From positions 928,001 through 992,000 of the forward strand of contig OZ251518.1 in NCBI GenBank assembly GCA_965242965.1: a stretch of 64,000 nt of DNA, given 5' to 3'. The notes under the pieces were generated by a model. The model was not told where the DNA came from. It worked only from the letters and a program-made list of their open reading frames with translations, and ran no database searches. Position 1 is the stretch's first letter; every line of letters begins with the position of its first letter. Of this stretch, positions 56,399-64,000 are shown piece after piece. The DNA comes from Candidatus Poribacteria bacterium (lineage in GTDB: Bacteria > Poribacteria > WGA-4E > WGA-3G). The position numbers were made by a program, and so were the translations under genes.

Positions 56399-59086
56399 CT
56401 ACGCCTCCTCTGCCCGCGCCTTCAGATCATAGAGGAGGTTCACTGCATCCAGTGGTGTCACCTGCGAGAGTTCCAGCCTGCGGAGCTCCTCAACGAGTGG
56501 GTGCGTTTTCGGCGTAAAGAGTGCCATCTGCAGCGCATCGCTCTGCATCGTTTTGCGAGAGATGCGCCGTCGCGGCCGCGGCATTTTCGGGTGCGCCGGT
56601 GCAGGCTGGCCGGTCGCGCTGTCCGCCTCAACGCTGATGTTGTGCTGTTCCAACACCTCCAGAATTTGCCGCGCGCGCGTAATCACGGCGTGCGGCAATC
56701 CCGCCAGCCGTGCGACGTGGATGCCGTAACTCTGGTCTGCCCCACCTGGCACTACTTTCCGGAGAAACGTCACCTTCTCTCCATCTTCATGAACAGCGAC
56801 GTTGTAATTCTTCGCGCGCTTATATTTGCTGGCGAGTTCCACCAATTCGTGGTAGTGTGTGGCGAAGAGCGTCTTCGCGCCCATCCGCTTGTTGTCGAGT
56901 AGATACTCCGAGACTGCCCATGCGATGCTGAGTCCATCAAACGTGCTGGTGCCGCGCCCGACTTCATCCAAGATGACGAGGCTCTTGCGGCTGGCGTTGT
57001 TGAGGATATTCGCCGTTTCGTTCATCTCCACGAGGAACGTGCTTTGTCCCATCACGAGGTTATCCGAGGCACCGACGCGTGTGAAAATCCGGTCGACTAA
57101 CCCGATTTTCGCGGCGGATGCCGGTACGAAACTCCCCACCTGCGCCATCAATACGATGAGTGCCGTTTGCCGCAAATAGGTGCTTTTCCCGCTCATATTC
57201 GGTCCCGTGATGATATGCAACTGTTCGTCATCGCAGTTCAACCGTGTGTCATTTGGCACGAACCCCTCCTGTGTGAACAACTGTTCCACCACCGGGTGTC
57301 GTCCATCGCGGATAATCACTTCGTCGCTGTCCTCTACTGTCGGTTTGGCGTAGTTGTATCGGGAGGCGACGTAAGCGAAGTTTGCGATAACGTCAACCAT
57401 CGCGATGACGCTAGAGATAGTCTGAATCTCCAGCGTCCATTTCGCTACCTCCTCCCGAATCTGACAGAAAAGTTCGTATTCCAGCGTCTGAATCCGGTCT
57501 TCGGCGTTCAGCACCATCGCTTCCTTCTCTTTCAGTTCCGGTGTAATGAACCGTTCGGAGTTACGCAAGGTCTGCTTGCGGATGTAGTAGTCAGGCACCA
57601 TGTGCAGGTTCGGTGTCGTCACATCGATGTAATAACCGAAGACCTGGTTGTATCCGATTTTCAGGGAGGTGATGCCGCTGCTTTTCCGCTCGGCTGCTTG
57701 GAGTGCGTCCATCCACGCCTTCCCTTGCCCGACAATCTGCCGGAGTTCATCAAGCTCCTCGCTATACCCATCGCGAATGATGCCGCCTTCGCGAAGCGTT
57801 ACCGGGGGTTTCGGGTGGATGCCGCGCTCAATCAACGCCACCAACTCCGTCATCGGATTGAGTGCGGCGTTTTGCTCAACTAGCAACGGCGACTCGCAAT
57901 TTTCCAGCTGCGTCTTAACGGCAGGGATCAGAAGTAGCGAATCCTTGAGTGCGTGCAGGTCGCGGCCGTTCACGGATCCGAGGCTGATGCGGGAGATGAG
58001 TCTCTCCATATCGTACATCTGTCCGAGTGCATCGCGGAGTTCTTCCTGCAGGTTAATCTGCGTTTTGAGTTCCTCAACTGCCTCAAGACGCTCCGCAATC
58101 TCTGTCGTTGAAAGCAGGGGTTGCAGGATACACTGCCGTATCTTCCTGCCGCCCATGGAGGTAACCGTCTGGTCCAACACTTCCAGCAGGGTGCCCTTTG
58201 AAGTGCCGTCGCGGATAGACGCGGTTAGTTCCAGATTGCGCTGGGTATCCGCGTCCAACACCATGAAATCGGAGAGCGTGTAGGGTTGGAGGGACAGAAT
58301 GTGTTCTACCTCCTGCTTTTGGGTTTCGTGGAGGTAATAGATGAGCGCGCCGGCGGCACAGATGGCAGTGGGTAGATGCTCACATCCAAATCCATCGAGG
58401 GAAATCGTTCGGAAGTGTTGCAGGAGTTCGGTGCGCGCGGTGTCAAATTCAAACCGCCACTCTGGTAGAAAGTTGAGCGTCGCTTTGACTTCGGTTTTGA
58501 TCCGTTCCAACATCTCCTCATCGTTGAACGTTTCCGAGAAGAGGAATTCCTTCGGCGCGAACCGATGGATTTCCGCCCAAAGTTTCGAGAGCTCTGTCAC
58601 TTCTGTAACCAGAAATTCACCGGTGGAAAGATCCGCGGCGGCGAATCCGTAGGTGCCTTTCTGCAAATAAAGGGAGATGAGGTAGTTGTTCACCTTATGC
58701 TCCAGCACCTTCGGATCGGTGACGGTGCCGGGTGTGACGATGCGGACGACCTCGCGCTTGACGAGGCGGTTCTCATCGCGTGCCTGCTTCGGGTCCTCTG
58801 TCTGCTCCAAAATGGCGACTTTGTGCCCGGCTTTCACCAATTTATAGAGGTAAGAGTCCAGCGAATGGTGCGGGATACCCGCCATCGGCGGCGAGGGAGT
58901 CTTCTGGTTCTTGTGGCTGCGGGCTGTCAGGGTGATTTCCAGCAGGCGCGCGATTAACTCCGCGTCCTCATAGAAAGCCTCGTAGAAATCACCCACCCGG
59001 CAAAGCAAGATGGCATCCTCGTGCTGTTTTTTCACCTGTTTATAGATTTCAATCAACGAAGGTTCGGACACTCTTATTCGGGGCAT
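56399..59086 (-). CDS. mutS: DNA mismatch repair protein MutS
   Basis: GDFYE, TGPNMSGKSTYLRQ, FTRVGASD, STFLVEM, DEVGRGTST, SYGIHVA. Confidence 0.98.
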   Translation of the reverse strand: MPRIRVSEPSLIEIYKQVKKQHEDAILLCRVGDFYEAFYEDAELIARLLEITLTARSHKNQKTPSPPMAGIPHHSLDSYLYKLVKAGHKVAILEQTEDPKQARDENRLVKREVVRIVTPGTVTDPKVLEHKVNNYLISLYLQKGTYGFAAADLSTGEFLVTEVTELSKLWAEIHRFAPKEFLFSETFNDEEMLERIKTEVKATLNFLPEWRFEFDTARTELLQHFRTISLDGFGCEHLPTAICAAGALIYYLHETQKQEVEHILSLQPYTLSDFMVLDADTQRNLELTASIRDGTSKGTLLEVLDQTVTSMGGRKIRQCILQPLLSTTEIAERLEAVEELKTQINLQEELRDALGQMYDMERLISRISLGSVNGRDLHALKDSLLLIPAVKTQLENCESPLLVEQNAALNPMTELVALIERGIHPKPPVTLREGGIIRDGYSEELDELRQIVGQGKAWMDALQAAERKSSGITSLKIGYNQVFGYYIDVTTPNLHMVPDYYIRKQTLRNSERFITPELKEKEAMVLNAEDRIQTLEYELFCQIREEVAKWTLEIQTISSVIAMVDVIANFAYVASRYNYAKPTVEDSDEVIIRDGRHPVVEQLFTQEGFVPNDTRLNCDDEQLHIITGPNMSGKSTYLRQTALIVLMAQVGSFVPASAAKIGLVDRIFTRVGASDNLVMGQSTFLVEMNETANILNNASRKSLVILDEVGRGTSTFDGLSIAWAVSEYLLDNKRMGAKTLFATHYHELVELASKYKRAKNYNVAVHEDGEKVTFLRKVVPGGADQSYGIHVARLAGLPHAVITRARQILEVLEQHNISVEADSATGQPAPAHPKMPRPRRRISRKTMQSDALQMALFTPKTHPLVEELRRLELSQVTPLDAVNLLYDLKARAEEA

Positions 59087-59217
59087 AGTGTTCTCCTTAT
59101 GTCAATCCGGTCGGTTCTTTGACGCAATTTTTGCAAGTTTGCAAATTGCGGGCTATATGCTTTATATATACGTTACCATAGTTTGCATTCTGATGTCAAG
59201 TCTTTTTATTGGTAAAT

Positions 59218-59565
59218 GAGGGTGTGTCATAAATCGCGCAACATCGCGGGGCAAACCCGCTCGGATGCGCGTGTGGCATCCGAGCGGGCCCCGCGCTACG
59301 AGGAAAAAACGCCTCGCCTTTACGTAGGGCGAGGGCCTGTCCCTCGCCAGGCTCTGGGGCACGCGAGCGATCGCGGGGGACAGGCCCCCGCGCTACGGGC
59401 CAGGGAGGGGTTCTCCTCGCCATGCGCCGTTTGTGATCAGGCGATCACAAACTACAGAGGTGGGCCCGAGGCCTTCCGGTAGGCGGGACATCCTTGTCCC
59501 GACACGAACCACATCAAGACCAGGAGGTCTCTCCTACCGAACACATCGAAATATGAAACACCCTC
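59218..59565. mobile_element. MITE-like element filled with REP modules
   Basis: GAGGGTGTGTCATAA...ATATGAAACACCCTC; no clear target duplication. Confidence 0.7.
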
Positions 59566-59587
59566 ATTTATACGCAAACAGTTCTGC

Positions 59588-59630
59588 AAAAAAAAGAGGC
59601 GATCGCACCGCAGAAGATGCAATCGCCTCT
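59588..59630 (-). terminator. Intrinsic terminator
   Basis: 13-bp stem AGAGGCGATTGCA/TGCGATCGCCTCT followed by a T run on the minus strand. Confidence 0.75.
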
Positions 59631-59749
59631 ATCCAGGAAATGTAGTCCTTTTCAAAACGGTATCAACCTCCAAAAAAACGTTAGGCCAGAATGGCCCGAT
59701 ACTGTAAGACAAGCGCATCCGATTTTGCGCGCTCGACCTCGAAAAAACG

Positions 59750-60427
59750 TTAGTCCAAAATGCCGCATTCTCGGCAGGCGGCTTTCAACTTCACGATTGC
59801 CTGGTTCTTCAACTGGCTGGTGCGTCCAGGCGTTATCCCCATTTCCGACGCGATGTCAATGTTCGGCACGCCTTTCCGATTCTGCAGGAAAACGTGACGT
59901 TCACCACGCGTCAACTTTTTCAGGAGCTCCCGTTGGAGTGCCTTGAAATCCGCAGCGAACACCTTATAGTCACTCTGATCCAGCGGGTTCTCGCTCGGGA
60001 CTGACACGTTCCACAGCCGTCCGATATCCGCGTTGACATCGGCATGTCGGGATTGATTCGGATCCCATTGTTCGTAAGGGTCACCCGACTCCATCTCGCT
60101 GTAGTTGCACTCCTTCTTTTTCGCTGACGTTAACGCGCCACAGATATGCGGCCGAATGAAGGTACCGAAGTTGGCACCACTTTCGTGCTGCGGATCATAC
60201 GACGGCCCCTTTTCCATAAGCACCAACATTGCTTCTGACATCAGATAGTCTGCCAGATCTCGACGCGCGGGACTCGCACATGCCATGCAGTTCGCGCAGT
60301 GCCGCAGATCCGCCATAAGCGGCGTGACTATTTCATCTGTCGGAATAAAATTCCCCACGTGCTTGTAAGCCGGGCATTTGATGCCCTGCAAGTAACATCT
60401 CAACGACATGAATTCATCCTCCTTCAA
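59750..60427 (-). CDS. Sigma-70 family sigma-factor-like protein (region 2 + region 4)
   Basis: YDPQHESGANFGTF.RPHI.G (region 2-like), LTRGERHVF..DIASEMGITPGRTSQL.NQAI.KLK (region 4 HTH). Confidence 0.72.
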   Translation of the reverse strand: MKEDEFMSLRCYLQGIKCPAYKHVGNFIPTDEIVTPLMADLRHCANCMACASPARRDLADYLMSEAMLVLMEKGPSYDPQHESGANFGTFIRPHICGALTSAKKKECNYSEMESGDPYEQWDPNQSRHADVNADIGRLWNVSVPSENPLDQSDYKVFAADFKALQRELLKKLTRGERHVFLQNRKGVPNIDIASEMGITPGRTSQLKNQAIVKLKAACRECGILD

Positions 60428-60566
60428 AGCAGGTTTCCCGTGATAGGTGATTTTCTACTTCCGGAAGAATGCCTGTCGTGCAGTTGCACGGCGGTATTCT
60501 CTCTCATCAGCCTCAAGTCTCGCGATTTTCGCGCGTTTTTCGGTGCTGATGAGATGCTGTTCTGTT

Positions 60567-60663
60567 ATTTTACCCTTTTTGACAAAAAATGTCAAGGGCA
60601 AAGTCAAAAATACGGTGAAAAATACGGTCAAAAAGTCAAAAAGTCAAAAATATGGTAAAAAAT
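60567..60663 (-). promoter_or_regulatory. Promoter overlapped by a palindrome and direct-repeat array
   Basis: minus TTGACA-17bp-TAAAAT (60595-60567); TTGACA-N5-TGTCAA; GTCAAAAA x4 and AAAAATAYGGT x3 upstream. Confidence 0.6.
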
Positions 60664-60836
60664 ATAATTTTTTCGGTCCGGGCGCGGGTTTTCACCGCGC
60701 CCGCCTTCCTCTTATCAGTCATTCGCCGATGTTTCAACAGACTTAGGTTCACATCGGTAGACTCGGTAGGCGCGGTTTTCAACAAAGGGCTTCATCGCAT
60801 CTGTTTATACCGCGCCGCCCGGGGACGGTGCCCTGC

Positions 60837-60989
60837 CTATTTTTGGTTGGGCACCCTTGTCTCCTCCACCCAGTCCAAGAACGAATCCTTCCTCGAAAAA
60901 TGCTGCATGAGTTCCCCGATGAGCGCGGGCTTTCGGAGAACACTCCATAACATGCCGCTATGAATGCCGTGCCGTTCTTTAAACTGCTT
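60837..60989 (-). pseudogene. C-terminal remnant of a paralog of the adjacent lipoprotein gene
   Basis: KQFKERHGIHSGMLWSVLRKPALIGELMQHFSRKDSFLDWVEETRVPNQK* vs EQFEAQNGIDEGLLWAALRKPALIGDILQHFSSTDVFLKWVEVT. Confidence 0.8.
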
Positions 60990-61848
60990 TTGTTACCTCT
61001 ACCCATTTCAGAAACACATCGGTGCTGGAAAAGTGCTGCAGGATGTCGCCGATGAGTGCAGGCTTGCGAAGGGCCGCCCATAACAACCCTTCATCAATCC
61101 CATTCTGCGCTTCAAACTGCTCATGAAGCCACCCGGCATCCTCTCGCTCTGTCGCCGCAACAAAGTCTTCAAACGCCTGCTCAAAGTCGCCTTGGGCTTC
61201 ATCAAACGCCTGGCCGAAGTCGTTATCTTGAAGCGCGTGGCGCGTCATGAATGCTTCTACTCGCGGGTTTTCCGCCATAACGGCGAGTTTTTCAAACACC
61301 TGGCCTACTTCTCGAAAAACATCTCCTACCTGGACAACACCCTGTCGGAATTTGACCCGGAAAAGGTGAAGATTCATTTCCCGGTATTTCCCTGTCATCC
61401 ACTGAATGACTTCGACATCTTCCGGCGTGGGGTTACCTACCCATTTTTTCAAAAACGGGAGGTATCTTTCCTCATCCGGAGGGGCCTCCTCAAGATACGC
61501 CTCAAACGTCTGAAAGGGTTCGTCCGTTGGAAATTCTGCTGTGAGAAACGCCAGATAGGTATCGGAATTCACCACTTTTCGGAGCAGTGTGAAATCCTCG
61601 TCTACAATGGGCTGCGGAAACTGATTCCGCAATCGCGCGAAGGTCCTCTCCGCCCGCGTCGGTTCTGTGGCTATCGGTTCTGTGGCTATCGGTTCTGTGG
61701 CTATCGGCTTTGCCGCGCCGGCTTCAACCTGCATCCTTGTCTTTTCGCTTTTCGGTGCCACGATATCCGGGGGAGCGTCGCCGCACCCGGTGAAGTAGAA
61801 GACACTCGCGAAGAGTAGGAGCACCGTCAAACCTAGTAAGTTTTTCAT
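60979..61848 (-). CDS. Hypothetical lipoprotein
   Basis: Signal peptide with FTGC lipobox; 15-bp x3 repeat (PIATE) at 61659-61707; start trimmed to ATG 61848. Confidence 0.75.
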   Translation of the reverse strand: MKNLLGLTVLLLFASVFYFTGCGDAPPDIVAPKSEKTRMQVEAGAAKPIATEPIATEPIATEPTRAERTFARLRNQFPQPIVDEDFTLLRKVVNSDTYLAFLTAEFPTDEPFQTFEAYLEEAPPDEERYLPFLKKWVGNPTPEDVEVIQWMTGKYREMNLHLFRVKFRQGVVQVGDVFREVGQVFEKLAVMAENPRVEAFMTRHALQDNDFGQAFDEAQGDFEQAFEDFVAATEREDAGWLHEQFEAQNGIDEGLLWAALRKPALIGDILQHFSSTDVFLKWVEVTKAV

Positions 61849-61945
61849 TGTTTCATCCCATTTTAGTTTATGAAGGGTAAACCCGCCGCGAGCCGCTGAT
61901 GCATCCGCTGCATCAATGCGTTCGCTGAAGATTTCCCTTCGTTGG

Positions 61946-62797
61946 TTAGTCGCCGAAGATTTGTTCAATGAACTTCATCTTCGATTCATAATACCCCGGC
62001 GTTGTCTCGCCTATTATTTCTGCTTGACGAATCATAGTCCGTTTTAACTCCATCGCCCCTTGCGGGTCGAGGATTTTGAAGCGACGCATTCCCTCTTTCA
62101 CACCATGTTGTTCAACAAGCGGCACAACAATGGGTTCAAGATGCTGGAGTGGATTGCGCACCATCTTCATGGGCTTATCCTGATAACTCCGCCCGGTAGC
62201 TATCCATTCCTTTATTGCTGCAATGCTCCTCTGGGTATCCGCATCGGGCCAGAGTTCATTGAGAGCTTCGTTATATGCTAACGCCTCATCAAACGGCATC
62301 GGTATCTGGGCCCTAAGTTTCAACTTTCCGGCGGCAAGGATGTCCGCCAGACTGTCAATATCCGGCACATCACTGAATTGTTTCATGATTTGTGCGCGGT
62401 AGTATTCGGCATACAAGGCCGGGTCAAGCGTCTCCGGCCAATTCCGAGGAGGATATGGTTCCTCTGATTCTTCGTCTAGCGTATCGTCCTCTGGAGAACT
62501 GAGTTGTGCCCACCACGAGTTAATGTCACCGTCGGTGTGGCTGTGGGCATGTTCCTCATCGGTCAGCCAATCGTCCTCATCAGGCACCCGTTTTGCCGCG
62601 GATGTCTCCTGATGCGTTCCTTCTTCGTGAGGGTGCGAGGTGTCACCCGGGGGTGCCTCGTGTTCCTGTGGTGCAACAGCCGTTGGCACTGGCGGCAGGC
62701 TGTTGTCAAAGTTTCGTTTTGCGATCTGGTAGTATACCGTCATGCCGATGCAAAACAGCACGGTGATGGCAAACACCAGCCAAATGCGCCTATCCAT
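61946..62797 (-). CDS. Hypothetical N-terminally anchored protein with His/acidic linker
   Basis: TM at aa 6-24, HPHEE/HAHSH tracts; GGAGG RBS. Confidence 0.75.
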   Translation of the reverse strand: MDRRIWLVFAITVLFCIGMTVYYQIAKRNFDNSLPPVPTAVAPQEHEAPPGDTSHPHEEGTHQETSAAKRVPDEDDWLTDEEHAHSHTDGDINSWWAQLSSPEDDTLDEESEEPYPPRNWPETLDPALYAEYYRAQIMKQFSDVPDIDSLADILAAGKLKLRAQIPMPFDEALAYNEALNELWPDADTQRSIAAIKEWIATGRSYQDKPMKMVRNPLQHLEPIVVPLVEQHGVKEGMRRFKILDPQGAMELKRTMIRQAEIIGETTPGYYESKMKFIEQIFGD

Positions 62798-62812
62798 TTT
62801 TCTCCCTCCTGT

Positions 62813-63595
62813 TTAGTGTTGGAAGTCCAAGAATTGATAGGGATCGATGCCCGCATCTTCGTAGTCAATCACGGTGATGTGCGGCGGAATGATCCCTTCC
62901 GCAAAGTCCTCTTCATGGCCTCCAACCCCGGGGCCACCCAGAACGCTCGCAGGATAGCGAGCAAGGGTGCCATCCTCTTCTTCCCACACATCCCACTCGA
63001 TGTAAGCAATGTTAGGATAGAGCGGGTAAATTAACCCGGTTTTGCTCTCATAAACGACTCCTTCGGCGTAGTATCCCTGCTGCCAGAGTTTGATGCAAAC
63101 CCGTTCCATTAACTCGTGTTTTCGCGCCGATTCGGGGTCGGTGAGGTAGAGTGCCTCTATCGCGTCCCACGCGTCTTGTTCCGGGTAGTCTGGCGGGATT
63201 TCGGGATAAACGCCGAAGCCAAAGAGGGACACGCGCGGCGGTGCTGCCGCTGGGGCATCTTCTTCAGCCAACCAGTTTTCCTCAAGACTCTCTGCGACTG
63301 CTACCGCAGCTGCCGGGACCGGTATCGCCTCGGGCACCGGTGCCGGTGTGCGGTGTGCAGTCTGCACGTCGTTCGTCACCTCTTGCGGTAGTGTGAGGAT
63401 ATCTGTCTCTTCGGTGCGTGTCAGGGATGCCGTCTGTCCCCTCTCCACTTGTTGGATGAATCGCCGCGTCTCCGCCTCTTCATGTCGGAGTTTGCTGTGT
63501 TCGTGTTGGCTCCAAAAGTGGATGCCGACAATCACGAGCCCACAACCTATCAATGCGGCGATGAGGCTTTTGTTTGCAAACACTTCGCGTAACAT
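62813..63595 (-). CDS. Hypothetical N-terminally anchored protein
   Basis: TM at aa ~12-28, VSLFGFGVYPEIPPDYP, GIDPYQFL; GGAGG RBS. Confidence 0.75.
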   Translation of the reverse strand: MLREVFANKSLIAALIGCGLVIVGIHFWSQHEHSKLRHEEAETRRFIQQVERGQTASLTRTEETDILTLPQEVTNDVQTAHRTPAPVPEAIPVPAAAVAVAESLEENWLAEEDAPAAAPPRVSLFGFGVYPEIPPDYPEQDAWDAIEALYLTDPESARKHELMERVCIKLWQQGYYAEGVVYESKTGLIYPLYPNIAYIEWDVWEEEDGTLARYPASVLGGPGVGGHEEDFAEGIIPPHITVIDYEDAGIDPYQFLDFQH

Positions 63596-64000
63596 CTTTG
63601 CACCTCCCTTTTGGTTGAATGCAGATTGGTAACCTTCACATCGGATAACTTGTCACAACCGGAAAGAAATCTCATCAAGCCGTGCATCACCGTGATGCAT
63701 CCAGCGAAACTCAAACATCAAATATGTTCAATTCCCGCTGGTTTTTCGTTTCGCTTGTTGTGATCCTCTCTCCTTTGTACTTAAGTATAGGTATTTTTGG
63801 CAGAAGATTTAGGGTGATTTTGCTTTTTTTTCACTTTTTTTTGGAAAAACCGGTCTTTTTTGCACTTTTTTTATCAAATTCGCGAAAAATCTGGGAAAAA
63901 TGTGTCAAAATGATGAAACGTCGTCTATCGCTAAATGAAGATGAACGCATTTCTCGCGCGTGATGTCGTTTGTGTTTGACAATTAGAGACTCATCCTGTA

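Noticed and set aside
59629-59671. 8-codon ORF MKRTTFPG behind GGAGG, before the terminator
   Set aside because: TTG start, 11-nt SD spacing and no other support; may be chance
547-63963. Numerous antisense/overlapping ORFs in the six-frame track
   Set aside because: Shadow ORFs of GC-rich genes with no recognisable motifs or RBS

Overview
64 kb of bacterial chromosome. The gene content (PhyH dioxygenase, dockerin-tagged and FG-GAP/ASPIC proteins, T9SS-CTD-like tail, HEAT/TPR membrane protein, orphan anchored proteins) suggests Candidatus Poribacteria or a similar symbiont; this is an inference only. The backbone includes cimA, mtnA, ispE-tRNA-Gln-rplY-amidase-GerMN-pth, mutS, ferredoxin, a DppA pair and catabolic enzymes. 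Roughly 7.5 kb (about 12%, estimated by eye) is intergenic mosaic of several GTAG-footed REP-like hairpin families. Many of these clusters lie inside a MITE-like shell (TIR GAGGGTGTTTCATA, 8-9 bp target duplications), and some are flanked by duplications of host gene starts or ends. Best candidates: (1) a cold-shock domain fused to tandem Hfq/Sm-like domains, apparently co-transcribed with a YkgJ Cys-cluster gene; (2) a Type IIG-like R-M gene switched OFF by a G9 tract lying between 32-bp direct repeats; (3) an IS607 element with a Fanzor-ancestor-type TnpB lacking the Zn finger; (4) the REP/MITE system itself; (5) a dockerin-DppA fusion; (6) an ATPase plus small nuclease candidate defence pair. 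Several gene remnants record collapse of tandem paralogs. All calls come from motif reading, with no database searches.
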